Assembly (NCBI GenBank): GCA_002269645.1
Contig: NIVC01001091.1
Location: 186,001 to 250,000, forward strand
From: Macrostomum lignano
Lineage: Eukaryota
Direction: 5' to 3'
DNA length: 64,000 nucleotides
The first letter of the stretch is position 1; every line of letters starts with the position of its first letter. Made by a program: the position numbers and the translations under genes. Below, piece after piece: positions 12,441 through 30,905 of the stretch. A model generated the notes under the pieces. The model was not told the origin of the DNA, did no database searches, and was given only the letters and a program-made list of their open reading frames with translations.

Positions 12441-13254
12441 GCTAGAACAGAGAGACAACAGAGACAACATTGCCATATGTTGCCAGTTGAGTACGAGTAG
12501 ACATGTAAATTTCACAAAAAACCTACACCAATGAGAAAGATAACGGAGCAATGACTGAGAAGGGCGAGAGATGCAGATGAGAGAAGGCTGCTCAAATATC
12601 TATCCATTGTATTTATGGGCGTGACGGCTGTAAGTGTTCATTGAACAGAAGCTCTTCAAGCCTGGAAGCCGATAAACCAGGACGATAAAACTTCAGCGGC
12701 TTAACCGTGGCAAAATGCTCACACAGATCCCCTTGTCTCCTGCGCGCTGACCAGGGCGGCCATCTGGCTTTTTTAGCGCAACGGGTCAGGTGGCGGATTG
12801 TGCAACACGACACACAGACTCTCGGAGGCTGGCTGTGATTCTGCCATTCTCCCCTTCATCAATTTATGACGCGCGGGATAGGCTGGGGGCGACTCTCCCG
12901 CCCAGCATGTCGTGTTGAAAAGTTTTTATTGGCTAATTGTAGAGTGTCCGCTTTTATGGCCTCAGCAGATCTCGTGTGGGCCTTTCAATAATTCTAAAAT
13001 AGGAGGGAGTTTTGGTTTTAAGGAGCTTCTCCCGTTCCGCAGTCTCTGCTGATCCCATCGGGGCTCCGGTCTCTATCCCGGGTGCAGCCGGTGCCCGGAA
13101 ATCTCCAACTATCGAATGCTCAATTCGAATCCCCTCAAGGGATGAGAGCAGGGTGGGGCTGCTCAGATTCGAGCGGAGTATTAACAGAAAATTAGCAATG
13201 AATCAGTTTGTTAGAAGCTGTATGGCTTAAATTAGTACTATGCATGTGCGAATA

Positions 13255-13810
13255 AGTGTATAACACACATATACATAAAATATGTGCATAACACACATGT
13301 ACATAACATATGTACATAACACATGTGCATAACATGTGTGGATAATACATAAACATAACACTTGTACAAAACATGTACATAACCGGGATCCAGGTGCGCA
13401 TATACAGTAATAGTTAGAGAAACTGGAATCGTTACAGGTGTAGATGACACGCGATTGTAAAATCGTACAAAAAACACAATTAAGAATTCAACAATTAAAA
13501 TACAAGATCAGGTACAGGAACAAGTACATACAAATTAACATAAGTGAGTACAGATTCGGGAACTCGGGCGAAGATACATATATAAAACAGTAGAAAGTAT
13601 ATAAAGAAGTACAGACATAGGAACAGACACAAATATATAAAAATGCAGGCACAAGTACTGAAATTGGTACAGGAACAAGTACAGATTAAAGAAGCTGGTT
13701 CAGGAACAAGTACAGATTAAAGAAGCTGGTTCAGGAACAAGTACAGATTAAGTAAACAAGTACAGGAGCAATTACAGATTAAATAAGCAAGTACAGGAAC
13801 AAGTACAGCT
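13255..13810. repeat. Two short degenerate arrays: ACAT-rich (13255-13385) and GTACAGGAACAA-type (13640-13810)
   Basis: Imperfect tandem units visible. Confidence 0.65.
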
Positions 13811-14414
13811 GCAGACTCGCTATCCCAACTGCAGATGCGGTCAAGCCGGTCAGTTTGTCAATCAAATGGAATCAATCAACAAAGCAGAGACCCATTGCAA
13901 TCAAATATTTGATGGTCCAAATATTTCGGGACGGAAACTGATTGTCAAAACGCTGAATTATTATTAGTAGAAGGTAGAAATCGGCGGGGTCACGTTTTCT
14001 GGGATCTGGTGTGTTGCGCCACATCCGCCGTCCGGCCAAGGTCCTTTGACAGCCCGATGTGCAGGCGCAGATCTATAATTTATCCCCTCTGTTGCGGCAT
14101 GAAGGCAAATATTTGACCTACTAGGGAATATGACTGCCAGTTTTCGAACTCAGGTAGAGAGGGGGCATGTTGGCACCGCGTCTACCCCCTGAGGGGGGGG
14201 GCACGATTTTTATTGCTCAGCGCAGGAGACGCCAGTTTCAGCGTGTGATCAGGAACTTTAAGTCACCATATAAACGTGAATGATTCGCTATTCACACCAC
14301 TCACGCGTAGATTTCTGTGTTGCATGTGCGATTCTTTGTATCTTGAACGAGATTTTTCTGTTCCTGTTCCTGTTTTCTGATGCGTTAAAATAACCATAGA
14401 CGATGCTGGGCCCC

Positions 14415-14765
14415 TAAGACACTTTTAGCGCCAATGACACACTTTTTGCGTTACCAAAACACTTTTGGCGCCACTAAGGCATTTTTTGCGCTGCTAGGAC
14501 ACTTTTAGCACCGCTGGGACCCTTTTGGCGCCGTTGGGACACTTTTGGCGTTACTGAGACACTTTTGGCGCCACTAAGGCATTTTTTCGCCGCTTGGACC
14601 CTTTTGGCGCCGCTTGGACCCTTTTGGCGCCGCTTGGACCCTTTTGGCGCCGCTTGGACCATTTTGGCGCCGCTTGGACCCTTTTGGCGCCGCTGGGACA
14701 CTTTTGGCGCTGCTAGGATACTTTTGGCGCCGCCACTAAGACATTGCTGCGACACCAGCTTTGGC
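14415..14765. repeat. Minisatellite, ~20-bp unit (TTTTGGCGCCGCTTGGACCC)
   Basis: Tandem copies with a GGCGCC core. Confidence 0.88.
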
Positions 14766-16271
14766 CGCCGTTAAGACAATTCATTAAGACAATGACGATT
14801 CTTGGCGTAACTTTTTTTAAAGACGACAACCAGGAAATATTTTGAAAATTTGTCTTTAGAAGATTGTTGCCAGGATCAGACAGCAGCCTACGTCTCCGCT
14901 CCGTAGCGGAACTAAACAGAAGGATTCAGCCTCATATTGAAAGTCCACCTCATCGAGTTCAAAGCTTCTTGGCCCCTCTCAACTAACTAATTCTCACCTG
15001 CTCGCATGCCATTCCCAACCCTTCCCCCAGGGGGCAGCTCAGACTCGCGCGTGGCCCGCATCGCGCTAGTTAAATAATATGAGCTCACGGCTCAGCGCTA
15101 TTATGCTGGCGCGTGTCCCAGACGCCTCATCCCGACTGCGCAACCCTGTCCAAGTACGCCCGTTTTTGCGGCAGGGGACAGTCCGAGTGATTGCGCTGGG
15201 GATGAGAATTAGAAAGATGATTTTTCATAACTCGAAGCGACGCCACCGCTAAAGCTTGCGCAACTGTGTTTTCGGGGGCCGCTATAATGGGAGAATTGGG
15301 GATCGTGGGTTCGTAGGAATTGAAGAACCAAGACTCGGCCGACACAAGACACTCGTGCCCGCGCTGGTCAGGGCGAGGTTGCGCAGTCAAGATTCGAGCT
15401 GAGCTCCCACCGAACTTCTCCATTTTTTCTCCGAGGGGGTGGGGGGAGCTCAATAATTGGGATCGGATGAAGCGGAGGAGGGCGCAGCGGCTTGGGTTAC
15501 AGCCGGCCTCTGCTTGCACAACGGTTGCGCACCTCGGACTGACTGCTCTCTCAGCTGAGCCCCATTCGCTTATTTCCAGTGTTCTATGCGTTCCATTGAG
15601 AATCTCTTTTAACCCAATGGACACAGGCGGATCTTCAAATCCAGAATTGCCTCATCAGTATCAGCTGGACAGTCGGGCCTTATCTCTGAGCAGCCCGGCT
15701 GAATGCCTAATTGACTGGCTGTCACAACTGCCAGATTTATTCAGGACTTTGAGGAGACCAGCAAAAAATTCCTCAAAGGAAGCCTCGGATTTGGGGGGAT
15801 GATCCTCGACCGCTGGCGCTTCTCCCAAATCCCAGTCGCTAACACCCAATTCCCTTTTATCTGAGCCGTTTAACGGCTGATCCATTGGCTGGTGCCTCAG
15901 CGGAGCGGGACAGCCGGACGGACAGAACAAGAAAGAAATTGAGTTTTAGAGAGGAATCGTTTTACTCAGAAATAGCCAATTCTTGGGCAGCTTTTTACCC
16001 CCACCCCCCCCCCCCACCAAATTTGTTGCTCCGAAATTGCCTGCCAAGTTTGCTATTTTCGGGGGATCTGTGGGTTCCATGGATCTGTCGATCTGCGGCA
16101 TTCGAGTGGGGATTCGAGCTATCTAACATCAAACTGGGAAATTATTGAGGCAAGATTAGACTGCCGATCCAAGGGACATCGCATCAAGTTCCTTAGTCTG
16201 AGTGCTTGCGTTCCGTTTGAATTAATCGATTGGACCAATTTTTTCGCATTATACGAGCTACTTGCTGAATA

Positions 16272-18300
16272 ACATCTGATTTTCTTCTCGTTCTCACTCA
16301 CTCTCCATCCTTCTCACTCACTCTCCATCCTTCTCACTCACTCTCCATCCTTCTCACTCACTCTCCATCCTTCTCACCCTCTCTCCATCCTTCTCACCCT
16401 CTCTCCATCCTTCTCACCCACTCTCCATCCTTCTCACTCACTCTCCATCCTTCTCACTCACTCTCCATCCTTCTCACTCACTCTCCATCCTTCTCACTCA
16501 CTCTCCATCCTTCTCACCCTCTCTCCATCCTTCTCACCCACTCTCCATCCTTCTCACCCTCTCTCCATCCTTCTCACCCACTCTCCATCCTTCTCACCCT
16601 CTCTCCATCCTTCTCACCCACTCTCCATCCTTCTCACTCACTCTCCATCCTTCTCACCCTCTCTCCATCCTTCTCACTCACTCTCCATCCTTCTCACCCA
16701 CTCTCCATCCTTCTCACCCTCTCTCCATCCTTCTCACCCTCTCTCCATCCTTCTCACCCACTCTCCATCCTTGTCACCCTCCCCTGTCCTTTCCCGTCCT
16801 TCTCATTCCCTCCCTGTCCTTCTCATTCCCTCCCTGTCCTTCTCATTCCCTCCCTGTCCTTCTCATTCTCTCCCTGTCCTTCTCATTTTCTCCCTGTCCT
16901 TCTCATTCCCTCCCTGTCCTTCTCATTCCCTCCCTGTCCTCATTCTCTCCCTGTCTTTCTCACCCTCTCACCATCCTTCTCATTCTCTCCCTGTCCTTCT
17001 CATTCTCTCCCTGTCCTTCTCATTCTCTCCCTGTCCTTCTCATTCTCTCCCTGTCCTTCTCATTTTCTCCCTGTCCTTCTCATTCCCTCCCTGTCCTCAT
17101 TCTCTCCCTGTCCTTCTCATTCTCTCCCTGTCCTTCTCATTCTCTCCCTGTCCTTCTCATTCTCTCCCTGTCCTTCTCATTCTCTCCCTGTCCTTCTCAT
17201 TTTCTCCCTGTCCTTCTCATTCCCTCCCTGTCCTTCTCATTCCCTCCCTGTCCTCATTCTCTCCCTGTCTTTCTCACCCTCTCACCATCCTTCTCATTCT
17301 CTCCCTGTCCTTCTCATTCTCTCCCTGTCCTTCTCATTCTCTCCCTGTCCTTCTCATTCTCTCCCTGTCCTTCTCATTTTCTCCCTGTCCTTCTCATTCC
17401 CTCCCTGTCCTCATTCTCTCCCTGTCCTTCTCATTCTCTCCCTGTCCTTCTCATTCTCTCCCTGTCCTTCTCATTCTCTCCCTGTCCTTCTCATTCTCTC
17501 CCTGTCCTTCTCATTTTCTCCCTGTCCTTCTCATTCCCTCCCTGTCCTTCTCATTCCCTCCCTGTCCTCATTCTCTCCCTGTCCTTCTCATTCTCTCCCT
17601 GTCCTTCTCATTCTCTCCCTGTACTTCTCATTCTCTCCCTGTCCTTCTCATTCCCTCCCTGTCCTCATTCTCTCCCTGTCTTTCTCACCCTCTCACCATC
17701 CTTCTCATTTTCTCCCTGTCCTTCTCATTCTCTCCCTGTCCTTCTCATTTTCTCCCTGTCCTCATTCTACCCCTGTCCTTCTCATTCTCTCCCTGTCCTC
17801 ATTCTCTCCCTGTCTTTCTCACCCTCTCACCATCCTTCTCACCCTCCCCTGTCCTTTCCCGTCCTGCTCATTCTCTCCCTGTCCTTCTCATTCTCTCCCT
17901 GTCCTTCTCATTCTCTCCCTGTCCTTCTCATTCTCTCCCTGTCCTTCTCATTCTCTCCCTGTCCTTCTCATTCTCTCCCTGTCCTTCTCATTTTCTCCCT
18001 GTCCTCATTCTCTCCCTGTCTTTCTCACCCTCTCACCATCCTTCTCACCCTCCCCTGTCCTTTCCCGTCCTGCTCATTCTCTCCCTGTCCTTCTCATTCT
18101 CTCCCTGTCCTTCTCATTCTCTCCCTGTCCTTCTCATTCTCTCCCTGTCCTTCTCATTCTCTCCCTGTCCTTCTCATTCTCTCCCTGTCCTTCTCATTCT
18201 CTCCCTGTCCTTCTCATTTTCTCCCTGTCCTTCTCATTCTCCCCCTGTCCTTCTCATTCTCTCCCTGTCCTTCTCATTCTCTCTCTATCCTTCTCACCCT
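16272..18300. repeat. Two abutting 20-bp pyrimidine arrays: CTCACTCACTCTCCATCCTT (16272-16772) and TTCTCATTCTCTCCCTGTCC (16773-18300)
   Basis: Direct reading; explains the spurious 558-aa ORF. Confidence 0.95.
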
Positions 18301-20084
18301 TTCGCAGAAGCCGGAACACAGTTATCTATCAAATCAAAACCATTTTTAATTGCCAAAAAAATTCTTCCACAAAAATCCCCAATAAACCAGACGAGACGCA
18401 GACTTGCGAAACGCAATGGCGCAACCGGCCCCATAGCATGTGCATAATTTTGGGGGTCATTGTTGCGCTGGCTGGCCTAGGTATCAACTTTCCTTGTAAT
18501 GCAGTTTTTGCGCGATTTTTTTGCTTAGCTATAATCAATTAATTAATCAGTCAATATTATATCTTCTTCTATGAAGAAATTCAATACGAGAAGAGCAAAC
18601 TAAAAACGTTAAAAAAGTCTTTGCGTCCTCTCTGTGGCTGGTTGCTACTGAAATACCGTAAATTCCAAAATTTCTTCAATTTTTTTCTTTCAAGATGTAC
18701 AGGCAGATTTACAATGTCGGCAACAGTCTCACCTTCGGCCCAACTATTTAACTTCAAAAGCAACAGGTGTCCAAGTGACACTTGTCGGTTCATCTTTCAA
18801 TTAATAAAAATTTGTTCGCCGCTGTTGGAACTGTTCAGCTCGAAGCCACTTGACTCGAGGAGTTGGTTGTAGAAGTGACCCTACAGTCCAGTCTTCATGG
18901 TTGTGAATCGAGACTAGCTTTTAAAAGTCAGCCTAAAGTCGCTCCTCCGGGCTCTGCTTCTCAGTTCTCCCTGCCCCAGTCCAGCAAAGTCAGAGGGCGG
19001 GGCAGCTTGAAATCTTTCAATTTATTTTTCTCAAGAGCGCCGCCGCCAGAAAGCTGTCGGACCAAAAACGCCGGGGTCGTATATAAACTCCTTGATGAAT
19101 TGCGAGGAGCCACCAACTGCGTGCGTTGGCGGCTTCAAAGGACGATGATGCAAGCTTCAAAGTGGTCTCCGCGGGGTGGCCCTTCTGTTGTAGCCTTTCC
19201 GCTTTCAAAGCCTGTGTTTGTTAGTCTGTGCTTCTGGAAGAAGACACACACCGATTTCTGCTTTGTCCAAGCCCATCCTCCGGCACGGTTGGCAGATTTC
19301 CGGCTGAGATTCAAGCGCCTTCCCCTCCTGTCGCGTCTCTGCTCGGACATTTTTACAACCCTACATGCGAAACGGTTCGCCCTCTGAAGGCCCAAGTTTT
19401 GACTTTTTATTGTCTATAACTGGTCGACAGTCGCACCATTTTTGAGCACACATTTTCCCGTCTGGCGTGCGGATCCCGTTGCGCAAGCCTCCCAGTTGCA
19501 GAGCACTCATTTAATTCGGAGCCTCACTACCAAGCAGTTTTTTAATGCCCTTCCACTCGAAATGGCTCCCCTGCTGCCCGGTTCGCCAAAGCGCATTTTT
19601 GCCGCAATTAAAAACAGCGCCAGGCCAGGGCGCAGTGTGCATGGCTATAAAAATCTTCTATAAAAATCTTCTACTAAAAGAGGCAATCAGCAAATTTGAT
19701 GGCTAGAAATCCAAATGGTTGCAGTCAATCTAAGAGATTGAAACTGGTCAAAAATACAAAGTTTAATCCTAACTCTCCATCCAATATTTTTTATTGCTGT
19801 TTGAGCCCAGACTCGGCCCGCAATTCAGAATTCATGAGAGATGGAGAAGAGTCTGGCAACAATGACTCTTTATCTTTCTTATCTTATCTCTCGAAGTTTG
19901 ACCTGACGCACACTTTGCACGAGAACAATGCGAGCAGAAAGTTTCAACTCGATATAAACAGTCAACAATCGGGATAGATATGGAGAAGTGTTGATGCATT
20001 TTGCTTGATAAGCGATTGTGCAAATTGGGCCCACTGAGGCCTCTGGAAATTGGTTAGCGATAAAAAATGGACATTGAATCTAGA

Positions 20085-20345
20085 TAGGAGATTGATTAGA
20101 GATAGATTGGAGATTAGATTAGAGGTAGATTAGATAGATATAGATTAAAGATAGATCGGAAATAGATTAAAGATAGATCGGAAATAGATTAAAGATAGAT
20201 CGGAGGTAGATCGGAGATAGATCGGAGATAGATCGGAGATAGATCGGAGATAGATCGGAGATAGATCGGAGATAGATCGGAGATAGATCGGAGATAGATC
20301 GGAGATAGATCGGAGATGGATCAGAGATAGATCGGAGGTAGGTCG
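20085..20345. repeat. Minisatellite, 11-bp unit (GATCGGAGATA)
   Basis: Tandem copies with degenerate 5' edge. Confidence 0.92.
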
Positions 20346-21239
20346 GAGAACAGATTTGAAAATAGAAAATTTTGGTGAGAATGGACAGAATCTTCTTGAG
20401 TGGAGATGAAGACAAACTATAGAAGCAAAATGAAAGAACAAGGTACATTTAAACCTTTAAACATAATCAGTTTGATGATTCCAATCAAAGCAGACTCACT
20501 CAACACTTTTAAAGCCGTCTATCGCAGTAAATGTGACGAACATTTCCTGCCAATCTCAATAATTGTTTATAATATTTCAAGAGATTGTTTCAAAAGTTCC
20601 AAGAAGTCACGCGGCCCCAGCCTCCCCTGAAACACCTGTTCCCCTGTTCCCCTGTTCCCCCCTAGGCGGCAAAGAGCCGCTCTCTGATTTGACTTCAGTT
20701 ACAGGCAGAAAGGAGGTCTTATCAGATGCGCAGAAGCAGCTTCCACATGCGAGCGCAAATTTTTCAATTGCATAATGACTGGTCAGTGTATAAACATTGA
20801 ATATTGCGAACAGTTAAGAGCAACAGGCCTTATAGCAGTCAAACAAAGAGCGGCAAGACAGGGTTCAGTTGAAGCAAGTTGTCGCCAAACTGTTTGTCCC
20901 CGCGGCCTGTGAGCTGCGGTCTCGGTAAATCATCTCTCTGCTAAATCGGTGCTACAACCATTGCGTCACAACTGCCCGAGCTGGTCAGCGTGGAGGCTTG
21001 CATCTGTCGCAAAAGTCGCGAGTGACCAACAAAGATTTTTATCGTTAAACTATTGCTTTTATAGAGGGAAATTATATTTTTAGATCGGGCAGTTCCATCA
21101 TCTAGCAGCAGAAGCTGGCGAGGAAGTTGCTTGATGAATGTACTTAGTGGCATGCTCCATCAACGTTTATTGATTTATATAGAGGTGGTAGAACCCTGCT
21201 TCCAGATCTCACTACCTCAGTGTAGCACTATCATCCACC

Positions 21240-22200
21240 CTTCATCCGCTCTCTCATCCGCTCTCTCACTCGCTTACTCATCCGCTCTCTCACTCGCTTT
21301 CTCATCCGCTCTCTCACTCGCTTTCTCATCCGCTCTCTCATCCGCTCTCTCATCCGCTCTCTCATCCGCTCTCTCATCCGCTCTCTCATCCGCTCTCTCA
21401 TCCGCTCTCTCATCCGCTCTCTCATCCGCTCTCTCATCCGCTCTCTCATCCGCTCTCTCATCCGCTCTCTCACCTGCTCTCTCACCTGCTCTCTCACCTG
21501 CTCTCTCATCCGCTCTCTCACCTGCTCTATCATCCGCTCTCTCATCCGCTCTCTCACTCGCTTTCTCATCCGCTCTCTCACTCGCTTTCTCATCCGCTCT
21601 CTCACTCGCTTTCTCATCCGCTCTCTCATCCGCTCTCTCATCCGCTCTCTCATCCGCTCTCTCATCCGCTCTCTCATCCGCTCTCTCATCCGCTCTCTCA
21701 TCCGCTCTCTCACCTGCTCTATCATCCGCTCTCTCATCCGCTCTCTCACCTGCTCTCTCACCTGCTCTCTCATCTGCTCTCTCATCTGCTCTCTCACCTG
21801 CTCTCTCACCTGCTCTCTCATCCGCTCTCTCACCTGCTCTCTCATCTGCTCTCTCACCTGCTCTCTCACCTGCTCTCTCATCTGCTCTCTCACCTGCTCT
21901 CTCATCTGCTCTCTCACCTGCTCTCTCACCTGCTCTCTCATCTGCTCTCTCACCTGCTCTCTCACCTGCTCTCTCACCTGCTCTCTCATCCGCTCTCTCA
22001 CCTGCTCTCTCACCTGCTCTCTCATCTGCTCTCTCATCCGCTCTCTCATCCGCTCTCTCATCCGCTCTCTCAGCTGTTCTCTCATCCGCTCTCTCATCCG
22101 CTCTCTCATCCGCTCTCTCATCCGCTCCCTCATCCGCTCTCTCATCCGCTCTCTCAGCTGTTCTCTCATCCGCTCTCTCATCCGCTCCCTCATCCGCTCT
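21240..22200. repeat. Minisatellite, 12-bp unit (TCATCCGCTCTC)
   Basis: About 80 copies; yields the SSAL, RERM and ERAD pseudo-ORFs. Confidence 0.95.
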
Positions 22201-23049
22201 CATATTCACTCAGGGCTCAGTCTCAGCCCAAGCAAGGCGCATTCAATCATCAAGTAGATTTTGGAGCTTAAAAGCTCTTTCAAAATTCCAGCGAACATAG
22301 TTGCAGTATAGATTTTCATTTTGAAGACGCACAAAATGTTAATAAATAGTTTAAAAATTGCATCCCCTCACAATCCCTTTAATTCCAGTGATTTGTTCTC
22401 AACTCAACGGGCGGCACACGACCTCAGAAATTGCGTCACCATTGCAAATCCTCGGCTCGAAGTCCTCTTCATCCTGTCATTTTACTTCCTCTAAGTCTTT
22501 GTTTCAATCTTTGTATTTATGGTGTTCAACTTTGATTAAAAACTACTCCCTCACTCTTAGCTGAGGTCAAAGAGCTGGACCCCCCGCGGTTCCGGGGGTC
22601 AAAGCCCAGACTCCGAAAAATTTGAGACAATCATTATTTTGTCTCTGTTGCCATCCTCCTGTGAAATCACGCCATAAATTTTTGTTAATATTTTAGCCAC
22701 TGCCTAACCAACTAAATATAGTAGATGGAGTATTGTCGGCACAACATCGATTGAGACGTGTAATTTTATCAATTTTGCCGCATCCTCAGCCTGCCACCTG
22801 TCTCGCCATGACGGCTGGGATTCCCGGGCTGGCCGGTGGGCGCACACTTGCGCAACATTTTTTCTCCCAACGAATCCGAGTTGCGTAGCGTTACGAGTTT
22901 GGGTTGGTCTTCTTTTAGAAGAGAAACAGCGAGAGAAATGATCGCCACTGAAACAGAAGCATCGATTTGGAGACCAGCATGAGAGCAAGTTGATTTTTAA
23001 TCATCTTCCAGAGTACGGGGGACAAAGAAGGTCAAAATAGAGCAGAGAT

Positions 23050-23280
23050 AGATGTTGGGTCAGGAGACTGGGTCAGGAGATACTGTGGGTCAGGATCGGA
23101 GAATGTGGGTCAGGATCGGAGGTTGTGGGTCAGGATCGGAGAATGTGGGTCAGGATCGGAGGTTGTGGGTCAGGATCGGAAAATGTGTGTCAGGATCGGA
23201 GAATGAGGGTCAGGATCGAGGAATGTGGGTCAGGATCAGAGAATGAGGGTCAGGATTGGAGAATATGGGTCCAGAATCAG
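23050..23280. repeat. Minisatellite, 20-bp unit (TGTGGGTCAGGATCGGAGAA)
   Basis: About 11 copies. Confidence 0.9.
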
Positions 23281-23339
23281 AGAATATTATCCTCATCTTA
23301 TTCTCATAAAAATGGCAAATCCCTAAGGCGCCCCTAAAA

Positions 23340-24051
23340 AACTGGGAAGATTTTTTCCAACAAAAATTCTCCCCCCGCTCGCTGCCAATCCCGCTGCCCC
23401 ATCGGGTTGCGCAACCGCTCCGAGTGGCTGAGGCAAAAGGGCGGAATGGGAGAAGCGCCAGAGCCTATTGGACTCCGCGATGCGGAGGGAGGAACTGAGG
23501 AAAAACTGTTTTGGGAGCTTTTTGTCCAATGAGGCTGTCTGCTTGACCCGGCCTTCCTCCAGTGTCCATCAAGTTACGGAAGACCCGACAGGCGTGGCTT
23601 CGGTTGCATCATCGCCCGGCTCCGACCGGAGGGGCCCTGGCTATGGGGGGACGGCAGCCCTCAGCCAATCCTGAAGCGGCATATCAGGCCGTGGCAAGTG
23701 TGAGGCCCCTGCTAAATAACCTCCACCCCGCTGGAGAGCTTGAAGAAAAAGAGACACAGACCAGAAAGAGGCGAAGGCACACAGAGAAGCAGATCAGTAG
23801 TCACCGGACAGAAAAAGCAATAAGATAGCGGCTTCAAAAACGAGCACCAGATATCGCCAGCCACCCCAGCAAAGAAGATCTGCGCAGCCGCTACCTCTGA
23901 GCTGACTCAGGCCTGCAGCTGAGCCGCGTTGCGTCAGAGTCTGCGAGCAGGGACGACTGGAAACTCTTTTTAAAGAGTCTTTAACTGTGACTCACGGTTT
24001 CTGCTTGAGTCTGCTTTGACCACTTCTATTCTCGTTGTCAAGTTCGTTTGT
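23340..24051 (+). promoter_or_regulatory. Putative hunchback promoter and non-coding first exon
   Basis: Cluster of CCAAT/ATTGG boxes near 23385, 23465, 23525 and 23665 in GC-rich unique sequence. A strong donor gtaagt at 24052 can pair with the acceptor aaacgcag| at 24488 just upstream of ATG 24502. Confidence 0.45.
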
Positions 24052-24099
24052 GTAAGTATGGCCGACTTCTAAAGTATTCATTATCTTGCCATGCACTTC

Positions 24100-24420
24100 C
24101 TAATCCGCTCTTAAATCCGCTCCTGAATCCGCTCCTGAATCCGCTCCGGAATCCGCTCCGGAGTCCGCTCCTGAATCCGCTCCTTAATCCGCTCCGGAAT
24201 CCGCTCCTGAATCCGCTCCGGAATCCGCTCCGGAATCCGCTCCGGAGTCCGCTCCGGAATCCGCTCCGGAATCCGCTCCGGAATCCGCTCCGGAATCCGC
24301 TCTTAAATCCGCTCCCCAATCCGATCTCCAATCTGCTTTTAAATTCGCTCCCGAATCCACTCCCGAATCCGCTCCTGGATCCGCTCTTAAATCCGCTGCT
24401 GAATCCGCTGCTGAATCCGG
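24100..24420. repeat. Minisatellite, 12-bp unit (AATCCGCTCCTG) in the putative hunchback 5' UTR intron
   Basis: Direct reading. Confidence 0.92.
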
Positions 24421-24501
24421 TCTCCCATCCAGTCTCTCATCCACAGCTGAAAGTCACGAACTCAATTCTCCAACAATTTCAAACGCAGGCATCGGTGTGG
24501 C

Positions 24502-29341
<4,840 letters not shown>

Positions 29342-30109
29342 CAAATCCCATTGGAAAATCCGCACTTAATTATGTTAGTAGTTTATGATCATCGCTCTTT
29401 GCCCCCAGCTGTTCAGAGTAGCAGAAGAAATCACCCTTGGCTGTTGTCAAATCATTTTTAATTCTTTGCCCAGCAATTTTTTATGGATTGGCGGTTGGAA
29501 GCCGGGAGAGTCGGGGAGCTGACATCCTCTCAGCAACATCCGGTTCCGGCTTGTGCTCAGGAAATCATTAGCGACGCTGGTTGAGGAAGCCGCTAGCTGT
29601 GCTCAAATGACTCAAAGAGAATGCTCCCATGTTGCTTCTTTTAGTTATCTTTTTTCTTTGCCTCCGTTGCTTTTGTCGAATTTTTACTCGCGCAAGTTTC
29701 AGCAGCTGAAGCGCAGTTTGCTGTTCAGCATACAAATTCATATATTCATAGCCAAGCAATATTTTCTCCCCTTGTGATTTGAAGGATTTAAGCTACTCGC
29801 CGCGAAACCAACTGATTAATTATTTTTCTGTGCATTATAATACGATTGAATTAATTAATACTTGCGCTTTTCTATTCGATCAGTTCTGCATTAGGCCGGT
29901 CTGTTGAGCTGTTCATATTTTGCCATGGTTCAGTTTGCAATTTGCATTGCTTTAACACTAGCTTATGTAGTTTGAAATTTCACAGATTTGCACCACAAAT
30001 ATATGCATTGGTTTTGTTTGCATTGCATTGTCTATATGTCATCTGGTTAACAACCGTTTGTCTGAAAACCTCTAAACATAATGACTTTCTGTTACTGCAT
30101 GTAATGATG

Positions 30110-30905
30110 CACTGATTGGGGCACTGATTGGGGCACTGGTTGGGGCACTGATTGGGGCACTGATTGGGGCACTGATTGGGGCACTGATTGGGGCACTGAT
30201 TGGGGCACTGATTGGGGCACTGATTGGGGCACTGATTGGGGCACTGATTGGGGCACTGATTGGGGCACTGATTGGGGCACTGATTGGGGCACTGATTGAG
30301 GCACTGATTGGGGCACTGATTGGGGCACTGATTGGGGCACTGATTGGGGCACTGATTGGGGCACTGGTTGGGGCACTGCATGATTTGGGCACTGATTGGG
30401 GCACTGATTAGGGCACTGATTGGGGCACTGATTGGGGCACTGATTGGGGCACTGATTGGGGCACTGATTGAGGCACTGATTGGGGCACTGATTGGGGCAC
30501 TGATTGGGGCACTGATTGGGGCACTGATTGGGGCACTGATTGGGGCACTGGTTGGGGCACTGCATGATTTGGGCACTAGTTGGGGTCATTGTTTGATGCA
30601 CTGGTTGGGGTAGTTGTATGAGGCACTGGTTGGGGTAGTTGTATGAGGTACTGGTTGAGGCACTGGTTTGGGTAGTTGTTTGAGGCACTGGTTGGGGCAC
30701 TGGTTTGGGTAGTTGTTTGAGGCACTGGTTGGGGCACTGGTTGGGGTAGTTGTTTGATGCACTGGTTGGGTAGTTGTATGAGGCACTGGTTGGGGTAGTT
30801 GTTTGAGGCACTGGTTGGGGTAGTTGTTTGAGGCACTGGTTGAGGCACTGGTTGGGGTAGTTGTTTGAGGCACTGGTTGGGGCACTGGTTGGGGCACTGG
30901 TTGGA
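30110..30905. repeat. Minisatellite, 12-bp unit (GGCACTGATTGG) grading into a longer GGCACTGGTTGGGGTAGTTGTTTGA unit
   Basis: Direct reading; source of the PNQC, PISA and PQSV pseudo-ORFs. Confidence 0.93.

Noticed and set aside
16771-22300. 558-aa, 389-aa, 320-aa and 311-aa low-complexity ORFs
   Set aside because: Open in several frames and strands of stop-free 12- and 20-bp arrays, with no unique domain or splice context.
22560-22610. GACCCCC...GGGGGTC hairpin with two GGTCAAAG motifs
   Set aside because: A 7-bp stem and nuclear-receptor-like half-sites are expected by chance in 64 kb.
29436-29462. Possible Nanos response element in the hunchback 3' UTR (GTTGTCAAATCATTTTTA)
   Set aside because: Box A (GUUGU) is present, but Box B (AUUGUA) and a Pumilio UGUANAUA site are not.
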